43,360 nt of DNA from Sediminicola sp. (lineage in GTDB: Bacteria > Bacteroidota > Bacteroidia > Flavobacteriales > Flavobacteriaceae). Positions within the stretch are counted from its first letter, which is position 1, and each line of letters starts with the position of its first letter. The stretch is taken from NCBI GenBank assembly GCA_041602195.1, contig JBFIGS010000001.1, forward strand, positions 1-43,360. The letters run 5' to 3'. The position numbers were made by a program, and so were the translations under genes. The notes under the pieces are model-generated. The model searched no databases. It had not been told where the DNA came from and saw only the letters and a program-made list of their open reading frames with translations. Shown here in pieces: positions 19,740 to 28,837 of this stretch.

Positions 19740-21356
19740 TTAATCTTTACCCATCGGTATAGGAACACTCTTTTTCCAATCAATTTTTGGGGATGGATAA
19801 TACTTTACGTCCATCATTTCCAGGTAGGAAGCTTGATTGGCCAGGCGGATTTTATAATTTTCCCAATCCCTATTTTCTTCTGTTGTCCACCCCAATTCGG
19901 CATACCCTATAATTCTGGGGAAGGCCAAATATTCCAACTCCTCTATATTGCTGATGGTCTCTGACCATAAAGGAGCCTCAATGCCAAGGATATCTTTGGA
20001 TTGCACTCCCTTTAGGTACTTTTCAGGGCTCCATTGATAGGCAGTATCCACAGGTATATAGGCGGCCCAATGGAGTCCAAATTTGGAAAGGGTATCGTAC
20101 TGCATATCCAAATAAGCTTTTTTGGCAGGGGATAATATTACTTTACTTCCTTTTCTTACTGCAGTAAGTGCATTTGATTCGTTGCTCCAATGCTGGGCGA
20201 TGGTGGTAGTGTCTATATCGGCTTGTACGATCTCGTCCCATCCGATCATTTTTTTACCATATTTCTGGACAATCTTTTCCACCTTATCCACAAACAGGAT
20301 ATAATCCTTTTTCTTGGTAACATGGCTTTCATCCCCTCCAATATGAAAATAAGGTCCCGGAGTAATGTCACTGATCTCACGGATGACATCATCCAAAAAG
20401 GAGTAAACTGTATCTTTTCTAGCATCAAAGGTGCTAAAGCCCACTCGGGTACCCGTATACGGTTTTACCTGTTTGCCATTACCGTTTAGAAAGGGGTAGG
20501 AGACCGAGGCGGCATTGGTATGGCCCGGCATGTCTATTTCAGGTACTATAGTAATATGTCGTTCAGCTGCATAATTGACAAGATCCTTATAATCATCCTG
20601 GGTGTAAAAGCCTCCTTCACCACCACCGACTTCTGTTTTTCCACCGACCTCAGTTAGTCTTGGCCATGATTTAATCTCTATCCGCCACCCTTGATCATCG
20701 GACAGGTGTAGATGCAGGATATTTATTTTATAGTAGGCCAAAAGGTCCAAATATTTTTTTACATCTTTTACACTAAAAAAATGTCTGGCTACATCTAGCA
20801 TGGCTCCCCTGTAAATATAATTTGGATGGTCCCAAATCTTTCCTGTGGGAATCAACCACATTTTGTGGTTTGTTAGGGTATCGTTGCTGGTTTCAGGTAT
20901 AATCTGTCTCAGGGTCTGTATACCCCTAAAAGCACCTTCGGCAGTTTTTGAATTTATGATTACAGAATCCCTGGTGATATACAGTTGATAAGATTCTTTG
21001 GTAGTAAGGTCCAGACTATCAGATTGGTTGATGTAAATGATACGCTCAATAGTTTCCGATACTGACGCATTTACCGGGAGAGAAATATTTATTTTCTCCT
21101 TTATTTTTTCGGATAGGAATTGACCAACTTCCGGAAATCCGATTGAATTTTGAGAAGTAAAGATTGCGGTATGTTCGTCTAGACCAAAAGCACTATTGGT
21201 TGCTATGGTTTTAAAGGGCTTGGGAATTATATTTTCCGCAGCAAGATCTGTACTAGGAAATTGTATGTTTTCTTTTAGTTTTTTTTCTTGACAAGCAACT
21301 AAGGCCATGATGAAAATAAATAAAAGAAAGGATTTGAATAAGTGTGATTTGATCAT
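19740..21356 (-). CDS. GH20 beta-N-acetylhexosaminidase, probable lipoprotein
   Basis: LDVARHF, HLSDDQGWR, PEIDMPGH, catalytic HIGGDE; lipobox LVAC after the ATG at 21356. Confidence 0.93.
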   Translation of the reverse strand: MIKSHLFKSFLLFIFIMALVACQEKKLKENIQFPSTDLAAENIIPKPFKTIATNSAFGLDEHTAIFTSQNSIGFPEVGQFLSEKIKEKINISLPVNASVSETIERIIYINQSDSLDLTTKESYQLYITRDSVIINSKTAEGAFRGIQTLRQIIPETSNDTLTNHKMWLIPTGKIWDHPNYIYRGAMLDVARHFFSVKDVKKYLDLLAYYKINILHLHLSDDQGWRIEIKSWPRLTEVGGKTEVGGGEGGFYTQDDYKDLVNYAAERHITIVPEIDMPGHTNAASVSYPFLNGNGKQVKPYTGTRVGFSTFDARKDTVYSFLDDVIREISDITPGPYFHIGGDESHVTKKKDYILFVDKVEKIVQKYGKKMIGWDEIVQADIDTTTIAQHWSNESNALTAVRKGSKVILSPAKKAYLDMQYDTLSKFGLHWAAYIPVDTAYQWSPEKYLKGVQSKDILGIEAPLWSETISNIEELEYLAFPRIIGYAELGWTTEENRDWENYKIRLANQASYLEMMDVKYYPSPKIDWKKSVPIPMGKD

Positions 21357-21388
21357 AGAATAGGCTTCGGTAATGTAAAGGTAATTGA

Positions 21389-22033
21389 TTAGTTGACATG
21401 TTCCTTGATCACCGAAAGCCACAGGTCATACCCTTTGGAATTCATGTGTAGTCCGTCTCTTAAAAAGATGTCGCGCCTAACCATGTTGTTGTCTAACATG
21501 GGGTCCCATACATTGGCATAGCTTATGGTGTCATCTCTTTTACTCAAGCGTTCTAAACCACGGTTCAATCTTTTATATTTATTTCTGTGGCCCCATCTAG
21601 CTATGCTGGGCTTGGCAGAAATAAGGACAATTTCTGTTTTTGGATCTTTTGCTTTGATACGGTCTATGATCGCAATGGTGTTTTCAAGGATTTTCTCTGT
21701 TCGTACCTGGGCCGCGATATCATTGTCGCCTTCGTAAATAAATACCTTTTTAGGTTTGTATTCAAGGATCAGTTCATTGGTATAGCGCAATAAGTCGGCA
21801 GACATGGAACCTCCAAAGCCAGAATTTACAACCTGGTATTGGGGAAAGGCATTTTGAATATTATTCCACATGCGTATGCTGGAACTACCTGTAAAAACAA
21901 TGGTTGTTTTAGAGTCATCCCAAATTCTGTCATATTTTTTTTGAATGGACAGTACTTCCTTTTGGAAAGGCCCGCTTTTCTGGGCATGCCCAAGAAATAG
22001 GAAGAGGAGCATGGAGATAAATAAATATTTCAC
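21389..22033 (-). CDS. Secreted SGNH/GDSL hydrolase
   Basis: FTGSSS, GFGG, YEGDND, DGLH; signal peptide. Confidence 0.9.
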   Translation of the reverse strand: MKYLFISMLLFLFLGHAQKSGPFQKEVLSIQKKYDRIWDDSKTTIVFTGSSSIRMWNNIQNAFPQYQVVNSGFGGSMSADLLRYTNELILEYKPKKVFIYEGDNDIAAQVRTEKILENTIAIIDRIKAKDPKTEIVLISAKPSIARWGHRNKYKRLNRGLERLSKRDDTISYANVWDPMLDNNMVRRDIFLRDGLHMNSKGYDLWLSVIKEHVN

Positions 22034-22174
22034 AGCAGAAGATGGTTTGATTGGGTCCTTATTATAACGTTTTTAAAATAATAATATTTTTTGGTAACTA
22101 CATAAAATTCAAGTAAAAGTATCAAATAATTCGTTCAATTGTAACAACCTCCTAAGGGTTTACGTAGTTGTTTG

Positions 22175-23047
22175 TCAGTGTTTTATGACTGGTTTCGTCA
22201 AGCCTTCGGCAATGGACCAATCGTAGAATCGCTCTATCCAATTATCCGATGGTAGTCCTTGTGTCTTCATACCAAATCCATGTCCGCCCTTTGCATACAT
22301 GTGCAATTCCGTAGCAATTCCCTTCTTTGACCAAGACGTATAGAGTGCTATACTTGCCGGTGCCAATTCCAATGGATCATCAGTGGCACATATAATCAAC
22401 ATAGGCGGCCCATTAGAGGGGGTATCGTGGGAAGGGACAATATCCATCCAAGGATATACCGGAACTAGAAAATCTGGTCTATTTTCTTTTGAAGCATTGT
22501 AAATGACCGACATGGTAACGGCGCCCCCCGCGGAAAACCCCATAAATCCAATTTTGTCGGGTTCTACGCCCAATTCTTTGGAATGCTGTCTTACATAGGC
22601 TATGGCATTGAGTCCGTCCTCAGTGGACAAGGGCAAGACTTTAGTAGCTTTTATAGTTACCTGTTCACCATCCGTATTCAAATCGGCCACTGCATCCTCC
22701 CCTGTGGGAACCAATCGATATTTAAGTACAAAAGCGGTAATGCCCTTACTGTTTAACCATCGGGCAACATCATTTCCCTCACTATTGATACTATGGGCAT
22801 AAAGGCCTCCTCCAGGTGCTATAATTACAGCGGTACCATTTGTTAATGAAGGATCAGGTCTAAAGACTTCCATGGAAGGTTTGGAAACATTGGTTACCAC
22901 TTGGGTCTGCCAAATTTCGGAATAATAGGTTTTTTCTGATGCTTTCCATTCTATATCCAACGAATTTCCTGAAGGTAAATGAACAATTTCTTGAGATTGT
23001 AAAAGGGCGGGGATTAGCATACTTAAGAGCATGTAAAGGTATTTCAT
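22175..23047 (-). CDS. Secreted alpha/beta hydrolase (esterase)
   Basis: PGGG oxyanion motif, GFSAG nucleophile, GGHGFG. Confidence 0.9.
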   Translation of the reverse strand: MKYLYMLLSMLIPALLQSQEIVHLPSGNSLDIEWKASEKTYYSEIWQTQVVTNVSKPSMEVFRPDPSLTNGTAVIIAPGGGLYAHSINSEGNDVARWLNSKGITAFVLKYRLVPTGEDAVADLNTDGEQVTIKATKVLPLSTEDGLNAIAYVRQHSKELGVEPDKIGFMGFSAGGAVTMSVIYNASKENRPDFLVPVYPWMDIVPSHDTPSNGPPMLIICATDDPLELAPASIALYTSWSKKGIATELHMYAKGGHGFGMKTQGLPSDNWIERFYDWSIAEGLTKPVIKH

Positions 23048-23091
23048 AGGTATAGATTTAAGAAATTAATAGCTGAGTTGTGTTTTTTATT

Positions 23092-23922
23092 TTATTTAGC
23101 AATTGGAACGTCATTTAATTGGCCCCATTCGGTCCAGGAGCCATCGTAAACCGCCGTGGGGTTCTTTTGAACCAATTCACTTGCCAAAAGAATAATACAG
23201 GCCGTAAGGCCAGAACCACAGGTAAACACTAATGGACGGTCCCCAAGTTGTAAGTGCTCAAATACTTTTTTTAAATCTTCTCTGGGAAGAAATTGACCAT
23301 CTTTTATAACTTCTGTATAGGGAAGGTTTAAGGACCCTGGGATATGTCCGCCCTTGAGATCTTTTCGTGGTTCTGGTTCTAACCCGCAAAAGCGCCCCGA
23401 GGATCGAGCATCGATTACTATGGCTTCATTTTGTTTCAGATTGTTTAGAATGTTTCTGGCGTTCTTGACCATGTTTGGTCTAAATTTAGCCCTAAAAGTT
23501 CCCTTGGGATAAGTCGCTTCTTGTATTGGTTCGGTTGGTAATCCTTCTTTTGCCCATTTAGGAAGCCCGCCATCCAAGACAGCAATATTATCATGTCCCA
23601 TAGCTTTAAACATCCACCAAACCCTGGGGCTGGAATAAACCCCCAAATTGTCATAAACGACAATTAGGCTATCAGCATTAATACCCAAAGCTCGACAGGC
23701 AGCAGTGAAGGAATCCTCCTCCGGCAACATATTGGGTAGGGGACTTTCCATATCCGAAAATGAATTTTTCAGATCAAAAAACCGGGCACTTTTTATTCGG
23801 ATATCGGTTAAATCAGAAGTATCGCCCGATTTGTTTTCGGACATGCTCGCATCCAAAATTATCAGTTTAGGATCATTCATTTGGCTTTTCAACCATTCAG
23901 TGGTAACCAAAGGTGCTAACAT
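23092..23922 (-). CDS. sseA: Tandem-rhodanese sulfurtransferase (3-mercaptopyruvate ST type)
   Basis: RVWW, LDGGL, GHIPG, active-site loop CGSGLT, YDGSWTEW. Confidence 0.88.
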   Translation of the reverse strand: MLAPLVTTEWLKSQMNDPKLIILDASMSENKSGDTSDLTDIRIKSARFFDLKNSFSDMESPLPNMLPEEDSFTAACRALGINADSLIVVYDNLGVYSSPRVWWMFKAMGHDNIAVLDGGLPKWAKEGLPTEPIQEATYPKGTFRAKFRPNMVKNARNILNNLKQNEAIVIDARSSGRFCGLEPEPRKDLKGGHIPGSLNLPYTEVIKDGQFLPREDLKKVFEHLQLGDRPLVFTCGSGLTACIILLASELVQKNPTAVYDGSWTEWGQLNDVPIAK

Positions 23923-24113
23923 GTTTTTTTCTTTTTTACTAAATTAAGAATTTTATGGACCTTAATGACTTTAGCCTCGTTATTAACATCATCAATTTTT
24001 ATTTAAGCTTTATAGAACATAAATTATTGTTAAAGCCTGGCTTAGTGGGTTAATAGAGCGTTAAAGAGGTTAATTAATTTGGGTTCTATCGCCTTAACGT
24101 TTAACTTTAAAAT

Positions 24114-24758
24114 ATGGAGAACGTATTAATAGCAGGTGCCAATGGTACCACGGGAAAAATTATAGTTAACCTTTTAAAGGAATCACAATATTTTAGGCCT
24201 ATCGCCATGGTCCGCAAGAAAGAGCAGTTGGAGCAATTTGAGAATATGGGAGTAAAAACCATCTTGGGCGACTTAGAGGAGGACTTGGTGCATACCATGG
24301 ATGATATAGATAAGGTGATATTTGCTGCTGGTTCGGGAGGAAAAAAAGTAGTTGAAGTAGACCAAGAAGGGGCCAAAAGACTTATAGATGTAGCTAAAAT
24401 GGCACACGTGAAAAAATTCATAATGTTGAGCTCAATAGGGGCAGACCAACCTGAGAAGGCCGATAAATTACAAGATTATTTACGTGCCAAGCAGAATGCC
24501 GATGAGCATTTGAGACATAGTGGCCTTAATTATACTATTGTACGTCCAGGGGCACTGAAGAATGCCGAAGGTGTGGGCAGGATAGCTTTGGCTAAAAGCC
24601 TGGATAAAGAAGGTGACATAAGCCGACAAGATGTGGCTCAGACCTTGGTAAGGGTTTTGCATGATACCACGGCCAATGCCACTAATTTCGAAATATTGGA
24701 AGGTGATACTCTTATAGGAGAGGCAGTTAAATCTGTTTCTGTAGCTGAGGCCGAATAA
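24114..24758 (+). CDS. Atypical SDR / NAD(P)H-binding oxidoreductase
   Basis: GANGTTG, YLRAK, IVRPG. Confidence 0.88.
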   Translation: MENVLIAGANGTTGKIIVNLLKESQYFRPIAMVRKKEQLEQFENMGVKTILGDLEEDLVHTMDDIDKVIFAAGSGGKKVVEVDQEGAKRLIDVAKMAHVKKFIMLSSIGADQPEKADKLQDYLRAKQNADEHLRHSGLNYTIVRPGALKNAEGVGRIALAKSLDKEGDISRQDVAQTLVRVLHDTTANATNFEILEGDTLIGEAVKSVSVAEAE

Positions 24759-24782
24759 GTATATAAAGATTGAGTTAGTTGG

Positions 24783-24822
24783 AAAATCCCTCTAAAGGCA
24801 AAAGTCTTGGAGGGATTTTTTT
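24783..24822. terminator. Bidirectional intrinsic terminator
   Basis: AAAATCCCTC...GAGGGATTTTTTT between convergent genes. Confidence 0.75.
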
Positions 24823-24833
24823 ATATCCATTAT

Positions 24834-25172
24834 CTAAAACAACGTTCGAACCAGGACAATTGCAAGGCCTATGACAAATAGTGTTGTAAATATGATTTTG
24901 TTGTATTTGGCCAACCAATTTGGAAGAAAAATATCGAAATTATCTTTCTCCGAATCGGAGTATTTTCTTGCTAAAATGGTCAAGGGACAGAACATTTTAA
25001 AAATCAGCAATACAATGCCCTCGCCGATAACCAGTCCAATGGCTAGCCAAGTGAAGGAATTTATGGTATCGGTAATCCCAGTATAAAGGACATAAAATAT
25101 TATACATACAAAAAATAGCCAGATCAATGTATGGAATAACTTAATGGCCAAAAGCTTGTCTGCCTTGTTCAT
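24834..25172 (-). CDS. Small membrane protein (3 TM, CPLT motif, DUF2784-like)
   Basis: Hydrophobic segments, an N-terminal His and CPLT; likely start ATG 25172. Confidence 0.6.
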   Translation of the reverse strand: MNKADKLLAIKLFHTLIWLFFVCIIFYVLYTGITDTINSFTWLAIGLVIGEGIVLLIFKMFCPLTILARKYSDSEKDNFDIFLPNWLAKYNKIIFTTLFVIGLAIVLVRTLF

Positions 25173-25274
25173 TGGGAGTGCCTTTACATATAGTTGGAAC
25201 AACTTCCTCTAAAATAACAATTAAATCGTACATGGGCTTCTAGGGTAGATTTGTATTTTTACAAAAACTTTTTT

Positions 25275-26048
25275 ATGAATTCGAGAGCCTCCCAATTACA
25301 AGCCTTTGATCGTTTATTGACCATTATGGATGAACTTCGGGCAAAATGTCCTTGGGACCAAAAGCAAACGATGCAAACCCTTAGGCACCTTACCATTGAG
25401 GAAACCTATGAACTGGGCGATGCTATATTGGATAATGATCTTGAAGAAGTAAAAAAGGAATTGGGAGATGTACTGTTGCACATCGTTTTTTACGCTAAGA
25501 TTGGAAGCGAGACCAATTCATTCGATATAGCTGACGTAGCGAATGATATCTGTGAAAAACTAATCAATAGACACCCGCATATTTATGGGGATGTCAAAGT
25601 GGCCAATGAGGAAGAGGTAAAGCAGAATTGGGAAAAAATAAAATTAAAGGAAGGTAAAAAAAGTGTGTTGGAGGGGGTGCCCAGTAGTCTTCCGGCATTG
25701 GTTAAATCTAACCGAATTCAGGACAAGGTGGCCGGAGTAGGTTTTGATTGGGAAAAACCGGAACAGGTTTGGGAAAAGGTCCAAGAAGAGTTGGGGGAAT
25801 TCCAAGATGAGGTAAAATCAGGGAATACCGACGCCATGGAGGCCGAATTTGGTGATGTATTGTTTTCTATGGTAAATTATGCCAGATTCTTGAATATTAA
25901 TCCCGAAAACGCATTGGAGCGTACCAATAAAAAATTCATTAAAAGATTTCAATACTTAGAAGAAAAGGCCAAAGAACAGGGTAAGGCCCTAAAGGATATG
26001 ACCCTTTCCGAAATGGATGTCTTTTGGGAAGAGGCAAAACAGCTTTGA
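25275..26048 (+). CDS. mazG: Nucleoside triphosphate pyrophosphohydrolase
   Basis: CPWD..QT, EETYE, ELGD, second domain EELGE/EFGD. Confidence 0.96.
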   Translation: MNSRASQLQAFDRLLTIMDELRAKCPWDQKQTMQTLRHLTIEETYELGDAILDNDLEEVKKELGDVLLHIVFYAKIGSETNSFDIADVANDICEKLINRHPHIYGDVKVANEEEVKQNWEKIKLKEGKKSVLEGVPSSLPALVKSNRIQDKVAGVGFDWEKPEQVWEKVQEELGEFQDEVKSGNTDAMEAEFGDVLFSMVNYARFLNINPENALERTNKKFIKRFQYLEEKAKEQGKALKDMTLSEMDVFWEEAKQL

Positions 26049-26122
26049 TCAAAACTGACGTTGAGATCATCTGTTCAGCTATTACTTATGACCTATACTG
26101 TTTAAAATATAGGTATAAGACA

Positions 26123-28618
26123 CTAGCGGCTCCTTTTGATCCCTTTTACAAGTTCATACCATATCACGGATATAAACCCAATCCCAATGCTGGTCCATAA
26201 CTGATCGCCAGTGAGGCTTTCAAATTGAAAAAATGCGGTAAAGGGATCTAGATATAGCAAAACTCCCGTAAGTGCTATGGTAATGCCAATGATGAGTCCC
26301 ACTAAATTGTTCTTGTATTTCAAGGTGGTAAGGGCGGAAAAGTAAAAAGATCTGTTCACCAAGGTCAGGAAAATATTGGCAGCTATCAAGGTAGTGAAGA
26401 CCATTGCCCTAGTTGTGTTTTCATTTAAATGATTGGAAACGGCCAATTGGTAAACTGATAACGTCCCTGCCGTAATTGCCAGCCCCTGAATAACACTGGT
26501 CATTAATTCCCTCCAACTGAAAAATGTTTTTGAAAAGGGGCGGGGTTTTTGGATCATGGTATTTTTTTCCATGGGCTCATTTTCATAGATAATGGAACAC
26601 GTGGGGCCCATTATCAATTCCAAGAGAATCACATGAACAGGGGTGAAGATGTTGGGATATAACCAGCCTAAGGCCAGTGGAATAAATACGGTAAGTATAA
26701 TTGGGATATGAATGGATATGACATATTGTATGGCCTTTTTTAGGTTGGTGTAAATTTTTCTTCCCATGGCAATGGCATCAAGCATTTTGGCCAGGTCATC
26801 ATCGACCAATATGAGGGACGCAGCCTGCTTGGCGATTTCAGTTCCCTTTTTTCCCATTGCCACTCCAATATGTGCTGCCTTTAGGGCAGGGCCATCGTTG
26901 ACACCATCTCCTGTCATAACCACAATCTCATTGTTGGCTTTTAGAGCGTTGATGATTCTCATTTTGGCATCTGGGAACATACGGGTAAAAATCTGGTTTT
27001 CTTTTACACAATCCTTTAATTCTTCGCCCTGTAATTTCATTAGGTCATCACCGGAGATGCTTTTTTCATATCCTCTAAAGTTCACCTGTTTAGCAATGGC
27101 CTCAGTAGTCTCAGCATTATCACCTGTCACAATTTTTACGGTAATCCCTGCTTCGTGGAATTGGTCAAATACTGAAGCTATATTTTCCTTTGGAGGATCA
27201 TAAAAGGCTATTAGCCCTTTAAAGGAAAAGGTAAATTGCTGTTGTCTTTTTGGATACTTGTCCCCGTCAAATTTAGTCTCACCTACACCTAAAATTCTGT
27301 ATCCGTTCTTTGCAAGTTCTATGATACTTTTGGAAATAACATCTTTCTGTACCTCTGTAAGGTCTGAAATATCGAGAAAAGCTTCAGGTGCGCCTTTGGC
27401 CGCGATGATCCTATTTCCCGATGCATTTTCAAAGAGGTGGGTCATCATTGGGGGCTTACCTCCCAAGGGGTACTCATGAACCATTTTATAGTCCGGTCTT
27501 TCGTCCAGAGGAAAGTTTTGAGCATAGGATTCATGTAACGCCAGTTCCATAGGGTCAAAAGGGATAGGTTCACTGGCCCACATTGCAAGTCTTATCAATT
27601 CTTTTTCCTCTGTTGATAATTCGTGTTCTGGATTGGTAATTTTGCCGGAACCTAAAACATAGACTCTGGCCAAACTCATTTTATTCTGGGTGATAGTACC
27701 TGTTTTATCTGTACAGATCACTGTAGCACTACCGAGTGTTTCTACTGTTTTCATTTGTTTGACCACAACCCCCAACTTCATTAACCGCCATGCGCCCAAG
27801 GCCATAAATGTGGTCAAGGCCACAGGAATCTCCTCGGGTAAAATACTCATAGCAAGGGTGAGCGCTTTAAGTAAACTATCTAAAAGGTCAAGGGACCGGG
27901 CGTAGTTGATACCCCAAACCACTAAAAACACCATGGCTCCCCAAAAAACCATTTTTTTTACAAAATTCCCTATTTGTAACTCTAGCGGGGTCTTCTCACT
28001 TTCTATATCCTCAAGACTCTTCCCAATTTTACCAAGGGCCGTATTGTTGCCAATTGCCGTAATAGTTGCTATTGCCAAACCACTGGCCACAGTGGTGCCA
28101 AGGTAAATGGAACTATCATCATTTGTTACATCTTTATAAACGGATAGGGATTCCCCAGTGAGAATGGATTCATTGACCGAAAAATCGTTGGAATGTATAA
28201 TGGTGCCATCGGCCGGGATTGTACTGCCCTCATCTACAATGAGACTGTCCCCAACAACTAGTTCTTCACTTTTAATTTCAATGACCTCGCCATTTCTATA
28301 CACCTTGGAATGTGGCTGGGTAAAATCTTTTAATTTTTGAAGAGCATGGCGACTCCTGGAATCTTGATATAGGGAAATAGAAGCTACCATGACAATGGCT
28401 ATGGCCAAGAAAATCCCATCCCCATAATCCCCGCTGGCAAAGTAAATCACCGAAGCCACCAAAAGTAAAATCACCATGGGTTCTTTGGCGAGACCCCTCA
28501 AGGCATCGAGAAATCTATTTTCTTTTTCGAAAACTAGCTTGTTCTGTCCATGCGAAGCCCTTGATTGTAGTACTTGTTCATCAGTAAGGCCTGTGATCTC
28601 AAAATTATCGATGGACAT
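26123..28618 (-). CDS. Cation-translocating P-type ATPase (type II-like)
   Basis: TGES, DKTGT, KGAPE, TGD, GDGVND; TM4 motif PEEIP. Confidence 0.95.
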   Translation of the reverse strand: MSIDNFEITGLTDEQVLQSRASHGQNKLVFEKENRFLDALRGLAKEPMVILLLVASVIYFASGDYGDGIFLAIAIVMVASISLYQDSRSRHALQKLKDFTQPHSKVYRNGEVIEIKSEELVVGDSLIVDEGSTIPADGTIIHSNDFSVNESILTGESLSVYKDVTNDDSSIYLGTTVASGLAIATITAIGNNTALGKIGKSLEDIESEKTPLELQIGNFVKKMVFWGAMVFLVVWGINYARSLDLLDSLLKALTLAMSILPEEIPVALTTFMALGAWRLMKLGVVVKQMKTVETLGSATVICTDKTGTITQNKMSLARVYVLGSGKITNPEHELSTEEKELIRLAMWASEPIPFDPMELALHESYAQNFPLDERPDYKMVHEYPLGGKPPMMTHLFENASGNRIIAAKGAPEAFLDISDLTEVQKDVISKSIIELAKNGYRILGVGETKFDGDKYPKRQQQFTFSFKGLIAFYDPPKENIASVFDQFHEAGITVKIVTGDNAETTEAIAKQVNFRGYEKSISGDDLMKLQGEELKDCVKENQIFTRMFPDAKMRIINALKANNEIVVMTGDGVNDGPALKAAHIGVAMGKKGTEIAKQAASLILVDDDLAKMLDAIAMGRKIYTNLKKAIQYVISIHIPIILTVFIPLALGWLYPNIFTPVHVILLELIMGPTCSIIYENEPMEKNTMIQKPRPFSKTFFSWRELMTSVIQGLAITAGTLSVYQLAVSNHLNENTTRAMVFTTLIAANIFLTLVNRSFYFSALTTLKYKNNLVGLIIGITIALTGVLLYLDPFTAFFQFESLTGDQLWTSIGIGFISVIWYELVKGIKRSR

Positions 28619-28810
28619 TTAGTTGGGATTATCGCTTTAGCCGTTAGGTATCCCTAAAATACTGAAAAATCAACAAAATGAGGATTCTTAAATATTATGG
28701 ATAAACAGTTTTCTAGGTTCATACCTGTTTTGAAACAAACGATCTCAGATTTGGGACTGATTTGTCCCAATTTATTCAAGATTACCCACTATTAAAACCG
28801 TGGTAACTTC

Positions 28811-28818
28811 TATATTTG
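28811..28818 (+). promoter_or_regulatory. Housekeeping -7 box for the MATE operon
   Basis: TATATTTG 19 nt upstream of the TTG start. Confidence 0.55.
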
Positions 28819-28837
28819 CACTTCCAAAATTGAAACC

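Noticed and set aside
25275-26048. MazG as part of an anti-phage or toxin-antitoxin system
   Set aside because: Canonical two-domain housekeeping MazG with no defence-like neighbours.
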